Below are positions 26,470 to 37,173 of a stretch of DNA of 64,000 nt, piece after piece (the stretch's first letter is position 1; the number at the start of each line of letters is the position of its first letter). A program made the position numbers and the translations under genes. The stretch is from NCBI GenBank assembly GCA_016840095.1, contig JAEOSZ010000040.1:1-64000 (forward strand), given 5' to 3'. Below the pieces are notes generated by a model. The model saw only the letters and a list, made by a program, of their open reading frames with translations. It was not told the origin of the DNA and made no database searches. The DNA comes from Candidatus Heimdallarchaeota archaeon. GTDB lineage: Archaea > Asgardarchaeota > Heimdallarchaeia > Heimdallarchaeales > Heimdallarchaeaceae.

Positions 26470-27033
26470 TTACTGATTTTCAACAGTCATTTTTTCGAAA
26501 TACGCTGAAATATTGTCAGTTAAAACATTGAAAACTGTTTCAACATTCAAACCAGTTTTGGCAGAGGTTTCAATATAAGGAATGTAGAAACCTGACCATT
26601 CAGAAAGTTGATCAGCATACTCTTGAGCATATTCTTTAGGAACAGCATTAGGAGTACTATCACGAAGATCAGCTTTGTTACCAATCAATACCAGAGGAAC
26701 AATGCGATTCTTGTTATTTCGAATAAGCTCATGAAGCCAATTTGGAAGAATAGAATAAGTCTCAGGTCGAGAAATGTCAAAACATAACAAAGCTCCAGCA
26801 GTACCACGATAATAAACCTCACGAACAGCAGAAAATCTTTGCTGACCAGCTAAATCCCATATCTGGAGAGTATACTCAACGTTCTTATGGACCATCTTCT
26901 TAACGGCGAAATCAGCGCCTATAGTCATCATATAGCCTTCTTTGAAACTCTCTCCTAAATATGTACGACGAATGCTTGTCTTGCCTACTGCGCCTTCCCC
27001 TAATAATGAAATTTTGAAAATTCTCTGGCTCAC
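26470..27033 (-). CDS. Rab-like small GTPase
   Basis: GEGAVGKTS, TIGADF, LQIWDLAGQQRF, YYRG, GNKAD, ETSAK; no C-terminal prenylation Cys. Confidence 0.93.
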   Translation of the reverse strand: MSQRIFKISLLGEGAVGKTSIRRTYLGESFKEGYMMTIGADFAVKKMVHKNVEYTLQIWDLAGQQRFSAVREVYYRGTAGALLCFDISRPETYSILPNWLHELIRNNKNRIVPLVLIGNKADLRDSTPNAVPKEYAQEYADQLSEWSGFYIPYIETSAKTGLNVETVFNVLTDNISAYFEKMTVENQ

Positions 27034-27211
27034 TATAACACCACTTTCCTGTATTATTTTCTCTCTTCCATACTTTTAAATGATTTGTTAGAGGGAACTT
27101 AATAATTTTCTATTAATATAAATATTACTTACTCATTAGTTCTGAATATCAATCTAGAAAGAAGTTACTAAGGTGAAAAAAAGTAAGGATGGAAATTTAC
27201 CAGATGATATG

Positions 27212-28054
27212 TTATTTCCTTTTCTTTCTGTATAAATTGATAACTCCAGCTATGATCAGAACTGCAATTCCTCCAATCCATTCAAAGGGTGCGATCAAAA
27301 TGTCTTCATTTGTTATTTCAAGTAGTAGTTCTGCTTTTGCAATTTCTTCACCTTCATCCAGTTTGAAGTCAAGTTCGTAAGAGCTTAAAACTCCCCAAGC
27401 CTTATTGTAAGTTACTGTTGTAACTTGGTCTACTTTATAGGTTTCTCCAGGAAAGAATCCAGACAGTTTCACATGAACCTCTGTTTGGATTGTAAATTCA
27501 TCTCCTTTGTTTGTTATCTTATACTTTGCTTGTGGTATAGACATCTCATTTTGTTGTAAATCTGTATAAAGATAATCAAAAGTAGTCATGACTGTTCCAT
27601 TTGCCAAAACCATTTCTGGAAAAATGAATCTAACTGGAAAGACATCAAAGTCTACATTAGGTTGTATCATATTCCAAGAAATTTCACTTGCATCAGCAGT
27701 AAGCAGAACTGTATTAAGTCTGAACTCTCCCCAAGGATGAGTAGTTGTATATAAATCATCATAATGAGCTAGTGTTACATTATCTGGATCATCTGTAAAT
27801 TTTATTTTGAAAATATCTCCTTGACTCATGTTTGTAGATGGATTAATTTCCCAAATAAAATCCTCTGGACATGCATAATCTGTTACAGAACATTTCTTCA
27901 TTTCCCAAGATAGTTCTAATGGGGGAACGAGATTATCACTATATGTAAAATCTGTCATACCTGATAAAGCATAATTAGGCTTGATGTTAATTGCAGTTAG
28001 AACTAAAATTATAGAAAGTGATAGTATAATTATTTTCTTTTTGCTTATTTTCAA
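27212..28054 (-). CDS. Secreted protein with C-terminal TM + basic tail
   Basis: Signal peptide; ends APFEWIGGIAVLIIAGVINLYRKKRK. Confidence 0.8.
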   Translation of the reverse strand: MKISKKKIIILSLSIILVLTAINIKPNYALSGMTDFTYSDNLVPPLELSWEMKKCSVTDYACPEDFIWEINPSTNMSQGDIFKIKFTDDPDNVTLAHYDDLYTTTHPWGEFRLNTVLLTADASEISWNMIQPNVDFDVFPVRFIFPEMVLANGTVMTTFDYLYTDLQQNEMSIPQAKYKITNKGDEFTIQTEVHVKLSGFFPGETYKVDQVTTVTYNKAWGVLSSYELDFKLDEGEEIAKAELLLEITNEDILIAPFEWIGGIAVLIIAGVINLYRKKRK

Positions 28055-28152
28055 AACCTCCTAGGTTTCTAAATCGTACACTACATTTCGAGGCTATATA
28101 AACTGTTGGTAGGAGAATTAACAGCCACAAAAAAAATATAGTACAAAAATAA

Positions 28153-28623
28153 GTGCAATTCATGGAAATAACTATAAAGCCTATTGGATTCATTGAATCT
28201 CCATTTACTGACCAGGATGAAGTACCAATTCAACCTAGCTTCTCAGAAGCTTTTGGTACTGTAAACGTTGATGTTGATTTAATCGAGGGTCTTGAGGAAA
28301 TAGATGGTTTTTCTCATCTTATTTTGCTCTATTACTTTGATAGAGCAGAAGAAGTTGATATGAAGGTTGTTCCATATTTAGATGATAAACCTAAAGGAAT
28401 TTTTGCAATTCGTCATCCTAGAAGACCGAACAAAATAGGCTTATCTATAGTTCAATTAGTAAGTGTTGAGAAAAATAAACTTCTAGTTAAAGGTATAGAT
28501 GTCTTGAACAACACTCCATTGTTAGATATCAAACCTTTTGTACCTGAATTTGATATCCAAGGTATAGAAGATACTCGAATTGGTTGGTTAACTGAAAGAT
28601 TTCGTAAAGAAGAAGGTGAATGA
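28153..28623 (+). CDS. tsaA: tRNA t6A37 N6-methyltransferase TrmO/TsaA
   Basis: KPIGFI.SP, GLEEIDGFSH, GIFA.RHP.RPN.IGLS, GIDVLNNTPLLDIKP. Confidence 0.9.
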   Translation: MQFMEITIKPIGFIESPFTDQDEVPIQPSFSEAFGTVNVDVDLIEGLEEIDGFSHLILLYYFDRAEEVDMKVVPYLDDKPKGIFAIRHPRRPNKIGLSIVQLVSVEKNKLLVKGIDVLNNTPLLDIKPFVPEFDIQGIEDTRIGWLTERFRKEEGE

Positions 28624-29710
28624 CATTTCCAAAGTAGATTGTGCTATAATCCTTGCAGGTGGGAAAGGAACCAGATTGCAACCCTTAACTACAAACAAAC
28701 CTAAACCTTTAGTTCCTGTAGCTCTTACACCAATGATTGACTATGCAATTAAACAGATCACTGATGCAGGTATTTCTAAAATCGTTGTAGCAGTGAAATA
28801 CTTAGGGGAACAGATAATAGACTATCTTAATCATTCGTCTAAATTTTCTAATTTAGAGATCATTATTCCTGATATAGACCCCCTTGGAACAGCTGATGCG
28901 GTTAGAAGTGTTGCAGACATTATTGAAGGTGATTTCGTTGTTTCTATGGCTGATATTGTTTGTGACTTATCGATTACAAAAATGCAAAAATTCTTCTATT
29001 CTACCGATGCTTATGCCACTATAAGTTTGAAGAACATAGATTTTCCTACAAAGAAATTTGGAGTTATACTTCTAGATGAAGAACAAAATATAGAGATTTT
29101 TCTAGAGAAACCCAAACCAGAAGAGATGTTATTTACAACCATGGCTTTTGCTTATAGACCAGTTGCTGAATTCCACCTAAATCTAGTGAATACAGGAATT
29201 TATCTCTTTAAACATAAAGCTTTGGAAATACTAGATAACTTCAAGGATATAGTAGATTTTGGTCAAGATATGTTTCCATATTTATTACAAGAGAAGTTTA
29301 AACTCAATGGATTTGTCGATGAATATTATTGGATAGATGCTGGAAATGTTAGAAGTTACCTATGGGCAAATTACGATGTACTTCGAGGATTTGTTGATAG
29401 TTTTTCTCCACCAGGAAAGCAGAAAAATGGCAATTGGATAGGAGAAAATGTATCTATTGATGAAACAGCTGAAATCATCTCTCCTGTTGTTATAGGGGAC
29501 AATGTTGAGATATCAAAAAATTCTTCTGTTGGACCATTTTCAATTTTACATAATGATGTTAAGATAAAAGAAAATGTTAGAGTAGAGAGAAGTGTAATAT
29601 GGGAAAATTCTATTTTGAACTCAAACTCATTAGTTCAGAATTCTGTTATTTGTGATAATGTTGAAATTGAGGAAGACAGAAAAATAATTAAGTATTCAGC
29701 GATTAGCTGA
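28616..29710 (+). CDS. Sugar-1-phosphate nucleotidyltransferase with left-handed beta-helix (mannose-1-P guanylyltransferase-like)
   Basis: ILAGGKGTRL.PLT..KPKPL, PLGTA, FLEKP, VNTGIY, YWIDAG; hexapeptide C-terminus. Confidence 0.9.
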   Translation: MNDISKVDCAIILAGGKGTRLQPLTTNKPKPLVPVALTPMIDYAIKQITDAGISKIVVAVKYLGEQIIDYLNHSSKFSNLEIIIPDIDPLGTADAVRSVADIIEGDFVVSMADIVCDLSITKMQKFFYSTDAYATISLKNIDFPTKKFGVILLDEEQNIEIFLEKPKPEEMLFTTMAFAYRPVAEFHLNLVNTGIYLFKHKALEILDNFKDIVDFGQDMFPYLLQEKFKLNGFVDEYYWIDAGNVRSYLWANYDVLRGFVDSFSPPGKQKNGNWIGENVSIDETAEIISPVVIGDNVEISKNSSVGPFSILHNDVKIKENVRVERSVIWENSILNSNSLVQNSVICDNVEIEEDRKIIKYSAIS

Positions 29711-29728
29711 AGCAAGAGAATGATATAA

Positions 29729-30349
29729 ATGATCTCAAAAGATAGGACTTCTAAGATTGTTATTACTTTCTATTTAGCAATTTTACTTTGTTTTTCAATT
29801 TTAGGAGTCATGGCAGTGAGTGTTAATATTACATATTGGGATATGGAAGATGAACTTGCTGATGTGATAGATCATGATGGAATACGAGTAGTAGTATTCT
29901 TCCTACCTACATGTCCTCATTGTATAGATGAATTACCAGTACTCAAACAAATTGATTCCAATTACAATGTTTCTATATTTATGTTAGACATAACATATGA
30001 GTCAACAAACCAGACTCTCATTGATTTTAAAACAAATCATGTACTTTCAGATAACTGGACATTTGGATATACTACAGCAGATACAAATGCATATTTTGAT
30101 CTATTTTCAGTTCCAAGAATAGTAATTCTAGATAATATCAGCCGAGTAGTAGATTATATGAGAGGATTAAAAACCTATGAAACTCTAGAAATAAAAATAC
30201 TAGATGCTTTGAACTACAATACTGAGAATTATAATCCTGATTATAATGATGACTCTTCAAAATTGATTAGAAACCTTTTCATAATTATTGGAGTTGGAAT
30301 ATCAGCTGTTGTTGTTTACTTTCTTGTGAAAACATTTGTGAAAAAATAG
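29729..30349 (+). CDS. Exported thioredoxin-like (TlpA/ResA) protein
   Basis: TCPHC, cis-Pro SVP; N-terminal signal, C-terminal TM. Confidence 0.85.
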   Translation: MISKDRTSKIVITFYLAILLCFSILGVMAVSVNITYWDMEDELADVIDHDGIRVVVFFLPTCPHCIDELPVLKQIDSNYNVSIFMLDITYESTNQTLIDFKTNHVLSDNWTFGYTTADTNAYFDLFSVPRIVILDNISRVVDYMRGLKTYETLEIKILDALNYNTENYNPDYNDDSSKLIRNLFIIIGVGISAVVVYFLVKTFVKK

Positions 30350-30356
30350 AAGAGAT

Positions 30357-31265
30357 TCAACTCTCAGTTTTTTTCCTGCAGTTAACACAACCTAAAGAAG
30401 GTTCATGAATTACTACTCCACATTTTTCACAGAAAACTGACTTGGAGGTTGTGTAAGAGGTAATGATTGGATCTTCAGCACTATCAAAATAACTCAATGA
30501 TTCTCCTTCATAAGGCTTTGAAGTACCTTCTTTTTCTTCAAGACCAAGTAGAAGCTGCGCTCTTCTTATTCTGCGAATATCACCTAATAGAACAACGAAA
30601 AATCCAATGGCAATGACAGATGAAATATAAGTCATAACTACTTCAGAATATGCTATAAACAGATATGGACTGATAGTTAAGATAGGAACCATAAACAACA
30701 TAATGAATGAAGCTAAATATCTTATAGCTGGGTTCAAAGCAAACAGTGAGTAAAACAAATTTTCTCCAGCTGTTACTCGCTTATATCTACCAACAATTGT
30801 AATGATGTTTTTTACTGTGTTCATTCCATAAAAGTGTGCAAATATCATTAACATAAAAGGAACAGTAAGATCACTTTGATGACTATAGGCTAGATCTTTT
30901 TGAAGTACTAGTAATGCTTCATATAGACCTAAAGCTACAGCTGTTACAAGTAAAGCAAGAACAGCATTTCTTGCTTTCTTCTTATTTTCAAGACCTATGT
31001 TAAGCTGTCTCCATTGAAGAATTTGAATAGCAATCACAATGAACATTAGAGCATAAAAAACTGAATCAGCTATTCTCCAGAAATCCATAGCTTCTTCAGA
31101 AATGATTGGATTACCTGTCTGATCCTCCCAAAAAAATACAAAAATTATTCTGTTTATCATCTCGACTAAGTAGTAGATCATCATACCAAAAACAGCGACA
31201 AACATAAAGAAGAATGAAAACCTTTCATCCCCATAAACTTTGACAGGATATTTATCATTGACCAT
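30357..31265 (-). CDS. Multi-pass membrane protein with C-terminal zinc ribbon
   Basis: About 6 TM segments; CEKC..CVNC. Confidence 0.8.
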   Translation of the reverse strand: MVNDKYPVKVYGDERFSFFFMFVAVFGMMIYYLVEMINRIIFVFFWEDQTGNPIISEEAMDFWRIADSVFYALMFIVIAIQILQWRQLNIGLENKKKARNAVLALLVTAVALGLYEALLVLQKDLAYSHQSDLTVPFMLMIFAHFYGMNTVKNIITIVGRYKRVTAGENLFYSLFALNPAIRYLASFIMLFMVPILTISPYLFIAYSEVVMTYISSVIAIGFFVVLLGDIRRIRRAQLLLGLEEKEGTSKPYEGESLSYFDSAEDPIITSYTTSKSVFCEKCGVVIHEPSLGCVNCRKKTES

Positions 31266-31308
31266 TTGCTTCCAACAGAAGGAGAGTTGAGATATTTATT
31301 TACTTTAC

Positions 31309-32787
31309 TCATTCTGTCTTTTCTTCATCTTTCTTAAATTCTTTAACTGACTTCTTCTTGTCATCTGATTTCAGATCATCAGGCAATTCTTTTGGAACAG
31401 GTATTGTTTCTGTATCAGTAGGTTTACCTATGTATCCTTGTGCATCTTTAACTACACCTTCAGCTTTAGTTTTAATAGGCTCAACAAGTGGATCCATTTT
31501 TGGTTGAGTTTCTATTGCTTCAACAAGTGGATCCATTTTCGGTTGAGTTTCTATTGCTTCAATATCTGGTTTGACAGAATCCTCAGTAATTATAGAATCG
31601 AATTCGGGTTTTACTGAAGTAGATGATTCCATAGCTTTTGATTTTACTAATACACCAGTTGAATCATCTCCAACTGAATCAATTTCATCTCTGAATTTTA
31701 TACCTTCTTCATGTTGAAGCTGGATACCTTCTTCAATTTTCTTCTTCAGTTCTTCCTTATCAGTAATCTCTTCTGCTATAGGTCTACTGACTTGTATCTC
31801 CTCTCCAATATCATAGGAAAGTTGAAGTCTATTTGCAAACTGTGGTATCAGCTTCTGATAAAGCTTATTTGATCCTTCCTTCCAGTTAATAATCTCTTTT
31901 TCTGCATCATATGAAAAATTCATATCATTTTTGCTGAATTTCTGGAGTGTTGCAGAAATGGTACTCGATGTAGTTTTTATTGACCCTCTTTTTGGATTGT
32001 CCGTTAGTCCAAGTTCATAGATAAATTTAACATGTTTATCATCAAGATTAGAAATAAAAGCAAGTAAGGAAATTGCTGTTACGAATATTCCAATTGGAAG
32101 AACATAATCAGGAAAAATAGTTGTAGTAGGTATTGTTAAAGCAATAAGCACAATACCACTCAAAGCTCCAATTATTTTGAGGAAAAGAAAGATTATGCTC
32201 TCTTTTACATAAGTATTAGGACCATATAGTGAGTAAAAAGTCCAGTAGTTTAATGACTGAGGATTAATGTAAGGTTTTGACAACATGCCAAGAAAATTGC
32301 TTCTCTCTACTTGCTTTAGGTCTTCTATTTCTCTAATCTGAGAAAATTCAAAATTTGCAGTTAGATAAACTTCTTTCTTCTCATACACTAACAATTGGAA
32401 ATAATTCTTTCCTTGTTTTATCGAACTTACAAAGGATACATCTCTGAACCAAACCTCTTCAGGTTGAAGAGTTATGGTTTCAAGTTTCTTGGTTTTTTCA
32501 TGTTTCCTTAAGTCACTAAACCAGCCAACAATTGAATATTTTATAGTTAGAGTAATAGGTTGACTTTCATTATTGGTTAAGAAAATTCTTACAATACCTT
32601 TTTTGTTTTCTGGAATCTGATCAACTATGGGTAACATGACATAAGATAAAGCTTTAACCGATTCCATTTCGATATTATCTCTAAAATCTTTGTCTAATTC
32701 GGTATAATGTGTGAACTTAGAAATAAATTTTGAAGCAAAAATAGGATTTTCAAGAATCTCATTGGTCATGTTGTTCATGTAAAACAT
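31309..32787 (-). CDS. Hypothetical 2-TM protein with acidic disordered tail containing a 13-aa repeat
   Basis: Central TM pair; tail contains IETQPKMDPLVE twice. Confidence 0.8.
   Translation of the reverse strand: MFYMNNMTNEILENPIFASKFISKFTHYTELDKDFRDNIEMESVKALSYVMLPIVDQIPENKKGIVRIFLTNNESQPITLTIKYSIVGWFSDLRKHEKTKKLETITLQPEEVWFRDVSFVSSIKQGKNYFQLLVYEKKEVYLTANFEFSQIREIEDLKQVERSNFLGMLSKPYINPQSLNYWTFYSLYGPNTYVKESIIFLFLKIIGALSGIVLIALTIPTTTIFPDYVLPIGIFVTAISLLAFISNLDDKHVKFIYELGLTDNPKRGSIKTTSSTISATLQKFSKNDMNFSYDAEKEIINWKEGSNKLYQKLIPQFANRLQLSYDIGEEIQVSRPIAEEITDKEELKKKIEEGIQLQHEEGIKFRDEIDSVGDDSTGVLVKSKAMESSTSVKPEFDSIITEDSVKPDIEAIETQPKMDPLVEAIETQPKMDPLVEPIKTKAEGVVKDAQGYIGKPTDTETIPVPKELPDDLKSDDKKKSVKEFKKDEEKTE
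31481..31558. repeat. 39-bp tandem duplication (coding)
   Basis: TCAACAAGTGGATCCATTTT(T/C)GGTTGAGTTTCTATTGCT x2. Confidence 0.92.
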
Positions 32788-32914
32788 TTATTTTAACTAT
32801 AAAAAAACTTCGTCAATATGCAATGATAAATGCAATTTCTGGAGAAAGATAGTATTGCTAGTACTGTAAGAATCTTTAATAAATCTTTCAACTACTTCAA
32901 TAGTGTGAAATAGT

Positions 32915-34951
32915 TTGAGATCAGATAATTTTGATTTACCAAATGAATTTTCTAGATTCGAGAAATTCATTAAGTCTGATTTTGAACAATTTTACCCAGT
33001 TTTTCAAAAATACCAAGATATGGAATATAGTTTCTTTCAGTCTATAGTTTATGCTTCAGATGATCTTGCAAATACTCCTAAAATTCCTGAATTTACTAGG
33101 ATAAACTATACCCAGATTGCGATGATAGGTTACTTCCTTCTCTCACAGTTCAAGAAAGTGTTAACCTTTCCCATACCTGAAGATAACTTCGAGGCTATGT
33201 ATTTCCGAATGAAATCTGCGAAATTTACAGGAGATAGAGAAGTTGTGTCAGCTCTTCTAGCCAATACAATTGCATTAATGGTTGAATTGAAGAAATCAGA
33301 CCCATCAATGCACAAGGCTTTCTCGGTAATTTTATCAATGGAAATAGCATCAATGAACTCTGATGTTCAGACAGTTCAACAATATTCTAAGGTTTTTAGA
33401 ACCAATCTTTTCGACACTGTTCTGATTGAAAAATACCCTCTTCTTACTCTCCAAGTAGTTAGTGATCTAGCTTACAGAGAATTTCGAACAGGAGATGAAA
33501 CATATTCAGGTTGGTTAGAAATTTACAAAGAATTAGCTGAAGCTTTGAATATGGACACAAAGAGACTTGATTGTTATACTATGCTTGGAGGACTATATAG
33601 ATTCAAAGGTTATCTAGAAGAAGCTTCTGAATATTATAGTAAAGCAATTGTAATTGCAGAAAAAATTGGCAATAAAGAATTCATTGCATCACTAATAGCT
33701 AATATGGCAGATTTAGAACATACTAGAGGTAATTTAGAAAAAGCCCTTTCATTATGTTTAGAAGCTCTTAAGGATCCAGAAATCTCACAATCTAAACCAA
33801 CTATTTACGTTAATATTGCTGAAGTACTAATCAAGAAAGAAGAGTTCAAAGAAGCATTAGAATATTTAGATAAAGCTCAGAAATTAACCAATAGAAATTC
33901 ACCTATTGTCAATTTGCTCTATGGATATGCGCTTACAAAAATCCCAGGAAAAGGCAATCTTCAGGAAGGTATAAAGTATCTAGAAAAGGGTGGTAATCTT
34001 AGCGAAAAATCAAAAAATCAAAGGTGGTTAACTACTTACTACTATTACATGGGAAGAATATATCTAGATACTTACGATCTTTCATCTTCAATTGAATCTT
34101 TTGAAAAATGTTATGAAATGGCAATCATAAGTGAATTTCAGTACGTTGTTTTATCACAATTATATTTAGCAGAAGCTTATTTACATAGATATAAGATCTC
34201 ACAGTCAGAAGGTGACTTAACTAACTCAGAGCGGTATTTGGCAAATGTTATTTCTATTTGTCAAGAACAAGATTTACCTATCTTAGCGGAGGTCCTCTAC
34301 ATTAGTGGACAATTACTTGTTGCACTAAACGAATTAGTTGATGCTGAGTTTGTTTTTGATCAAGCAATGGATTTAGCAGAGAAAAATGTTAACGCTCCAT
34401 TAGTGAAGAAGTGTGAAAATAGTATCTTAATGATTCAAAGTAATGAAATTGAGAAACCAATGGTAATCATTCATGAAATAACTGATGTCATTAATGATCT
34501 TGCTAAGCATTCTTACATCAAGAAAACTAAACGAATGCCTCAAGTTTATTTCCTAAACATCTTTACTGATGAAGGATCATATATTTATTCTTATTACTTC
34601 AACAGACAATTTCCAATAAATGATGTATTGATTTCAGGTTTAATTTCTGCAATAAGAACAATGTCTTCAGAAGTTTTTGGAAGCGGACTAAGGGGAATAG
34701 ATTTCGAAGGTAAAAAGTTGCTCGTGGAGAGTTTTGGTAGATTTTGTGGAATTCTTGCTTGTGATAGAGACAGTTTCAATGCGCGAACAAAATTATACAA
34801 TTATGTTCAGAGATTCAACCAAAAATTTGAAGATGTATACCAAAACATTGCTGCTGGACAGACATTGGATCAACTTCAAAAGGAAGCCGACTTATTAATT
34901 GAAATTATTTTTGAGAAATCTGATAGAGCATTTGTTGCACCTCCAGAATAG
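32915..34951 (+). CDS. TPR protein with C-terminal longin/roadblock-like domain
   Basis: Multiple TPRs (LGGLYRFKGYLEEASEYYSKA etc.); C-terminal VYFLNIFTDEGSYIYS...LISGLISAIRTMSSEVFG. Confidence 0.85.
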   Translation: MRSDNFDLPNEFSRFEKFIKSDFEQFYPVFQKYQDMEYSFFQSIVYASDDLANTPKIPEFTRINYTQIAMIGYFLLSQFKKVLTFPIPEDNFEAMYFRMKSAKFTGDREVVSALLANTIALMVELKKSDPSMHKAFSVILSMEIASMNSDVQTVQQYSKVFRTNLFDTVLIEKYPLLTLQVVSDLAYREFRTGDETYSGWLEIYKELAEALNMDTKRLDCYTMLGGLYRFKGYLEEASEYYSKAIVIAEKIGNKEFIASLIANMADLEHTRGNLEKALSLCLEALKDPEISQSKPTIYVNIAEVLIKKEEFKEALEYLDKAQKLTNRNSPIVNLLYGYALTKIPGKGNLQEGIKYLEKGGNLSEKSKNQRWLTTYYYYMGRIYLDTYDLSSSIESFEKCYEMAIISEFQYVVLSQLYLAEAYLHRYKISQSEGDLTNSERYLANVISICQEQDLPILAEVLYISGQLLVALNELVDAEFVFDQAMDLAEKNVNAPLVKKCENSILMIQSNEIEKPMVIIHEITDVINDLAKHSYIKKTKRMPQVYFLNIFTDEGSYIYSYYFNRQFPINDVLISGLISAIRTMSSEVFGSGLRGIDFEGKKLLVESFGRFCGILACDRDSFNARTKLYNYVQRFNQKFEDVYQNIAAGQTLDQLQKEADLLIEIIFEKSDRAFVAPPE

Positions 34952-34990
34952 GAAACATTTTTTAGCTGTTCTTCGGAAGGAAAATTACTC

Positions 34991-36178
34991 ATGAGTAAAT
35001 TAGATTATGAAAATCTTACTTCAACTGCATTTCAATTAAGATGCACTGCTTGTGGAGACATTCACAATATTGACTCAAAGCATAGATTGTGTTCTTGTGG
35101 GAAGGTTTTATTCGCTGATTATGACTTGGAAAAAGCTAAAGAGACTCTGGATAAATCAACCTTTTACAACCGAAGATATGATATATGGAGAATGGCAGAA
35201 ATTATGCCTGTTTTTAAAAATAAATACCGTTTCACTCTTGGAGAAGGTTGGACACCCTTAGTGAAAATAGTCAATCTTGGGGAAAAACTTGGTTTGAAGA
35301 ATCTTTATTTGAAAGATGAAAGCTTCAATCCAACAGGCTCATTCAAAAGTAGAGGTTTATGTGCAGCAGTTTCAAGAGCTGTAGAGTTAGGAATAAAGGA
35401 ATTTGTCATACCAACAGCTGGAAATGCTGGAGCTGCTCTAGCTGCTTATGCTACAAGATCTAATTCGAAAGCTCATGTGTTCATGCCAGAGGATACACCT
35501 CCTTTTATTGTAAGAGAAATCAAAGCTCTCGGTGCTGATGCACGTCTGATTGAAGGATTAATAACAGATGCAGGCAAGATGGCTAGAAAGGAAGCAGAAG
35601 AAAATGATTGGTTCGACGTATCGACTTTAAAGGAACCTTACAGAGTTGAAGGAAAGAAGACTATGGGACTTGAACTAGCAGAGCAATTTGACTGGTCATT
35701 ACCAGATGTTATAGTTTATCCAACTGGTGGAGGAACAGGTATTATAGGCATGTGGAAAGCATTTGATGAACTTGAACAACTTGGATTTATTGATAGTCAT
35801 AGGCCTAGGATGATATCCGTTCAATCAAGTACTTGTGCACCTATTGTCAAAGCATTTGAGGAGGGAAAAGATTATGCTGAATTCTGGGAAAATGCACATA
35901 CAATTGCTGCAGGATTACGCGTTCCAGCAGCTATAGCTGACTATCTCATTCTGAAAACTATAAGAGATTCAAAAGGAACAGCTGTTGCAGTTGATGATTT
36001 AACTATCAAAATAGCTATGAATCAACTTGCCAAAGAAGAAGGCATAATGTTATCACCTGAAGCAGCAGCTACTGTAGCATCTTTGGACATACTAATAGAC
36101 AATAAAGATATCTCTAAAGATGAAACAATAGTTATATTCGGTACAGGTTCTGGATTAACTACTCCTGAAGAATGGTAG
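34991..36178 (+). CDS. thrC: Threonine synthase-like PLP enzyme
   Basis: N-terminal Zn ribbon, TLGEGWTPL, NPTGSFKSRG, TAGNAG, PTGGGTG, TGSG. Confidence 0.85.
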   Translation: MSKLDYENLTSTAFQLRCTACGDIHNIDSKHRLCSCGKVLFADYDLEKAKETLDKSTFYNRRYDIWRMAEIMPVFKNKYRFTLGEGWTPLVKIVNLGEKLGLKNLYLKDESFNPTGSFKSRGLCAAVSRAVELGIKEFVIPTAGNAGAALAAYATRSNSKAHVFMPEDTPPFIVREIKALGADARLIEGLITDAGKMARKEAEENDWFDVSTLKEPYRVEGKKTMGLELAEQFDWSLPDVIVYPTGGGTGIIGMWKAFDELEQLGFIDSHRPRMISVQSSTCAPIVKAFEEGKDYAEFWENAHTIAAGLRVPAAIADYLILKTIRDSKGTAVAVDDLTIKIAMNQLAKEEGIMLSPEAAATVASLDILIDNKDISKDETIVIFGTGSGLTTPEEW

Positions 36179-36180
36179 AA

Positions 36181-37128
36181 TTAAACATGTGGAAGAATTT
36201 CTTCTACTAATATCTTCATTTGTTCAATTTCCTTATCTTGAGGAAACATGAAAATAAACTGTTCAATTCCTAATTTTGAATAAGCTTTCAACCATTCACG
36301 AATTTCTTCTATTGTACCATGCATAGAACCCTTGTTTCTCTCTTCCATTTCTTCTAAAGTGAAACCTCTTTTTTCAGCTATCTCTTTCCAGATTCTTTTC
36401 TTCTCTTCATCTGATTCAAAAATTCTAGTCCAGACACCGTAGGTTCGTCTTAGAGAGCTAGGTTTTCTCTCATACTTCTCACATAGTTCATCTAATTGGT
36501 TCATCTTATCTTCAAAATCTTCTAGAGTATATGACCATGCTAAGTTGATACCATCAGCATATTTAGCTGCAATATTGAGCATTTTTGGTCGTCCATACAT
36601 AGTTCCAACAAAGATAGGTGGATAGGGTTTTTGTAAAGGTTTGGGAAATGATACTGCATTGTTTAATTGGTAATATTCTCCTTGATAATTAGCTCTCTCT
36701 TGAGTCCATAATTCTCTAATTACTTCAATACCTTCAACCATTTGTTTAAGTCTAATTCCTGTAGATGGAAACTCTATCCCATATTGTTTATATTCTACTT
36801 CTTTCCATCCTCCACCGTAACCAAATTCTATCCTTCCATTTGAATAGTGATCCAAGGATGCAATCTGCTTTGCAAGAACGGTTGGATGTCTATAATTATT
36901 ACAAAATACTAAGGAACCAATTCGTAGCTTCTCAGTGTAGGAAACTGCTGCCATCATTGCAGTAAAACACTCATATGCTAACGTTTCGGTTGAATCACCT
37001 GTTACCATAAAATGATCTGAAAACCAAGCATGACTAAAACCAATTTTTTCAGCATATTGAGTCATATCTTTTATCTGTTCGAAATCAAAACCAAATTGAG
37101 GTTCTACTTGTAACCCATATGAAACCAT
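36181..37128 (-). CDS. LLM-class (luciferase-like), probably F420-dependent oxidoreductase
   Basis: WFSDHF, YRHP.VLAKQIASLDH.SNGRIEFG.G.GW, PKPLQKP.PPI. Confidence 0.9.
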   Translation of the reverse strand: MVSYGLQVEPQFGFDFEQIKDMTQYAEKIGFSHAWFSDHFMVTGDSTETLAYECFTAMMAAVSYTEKLRIGSLVFCNNYRHPTVLAKQIASLDHYSNGRIEFGYGGGWKEVEYKQYGIEFPSTGIRLKQMVEGIEVIRELWTQERANYQGEYYQLNNAVSFPKPLQKPYPPIFVGTMYGRPKMLNIAAKYADGINLAWSYTLEDFEDKMNQLDELCEKYERKPSSLRRTYGVWTRIFESDEEKKRIWKEIAEKRGFTLEEMEERNKGSMHGTIEEIREWLKAYSKLGIEQFIFMFPQDKEIEQMKILVEEILPHV

Positions 37129-37173
37129 GAAAGAAGTTAGATTCTCTAATTAATAAATTGTTAGGTAAAAAAA

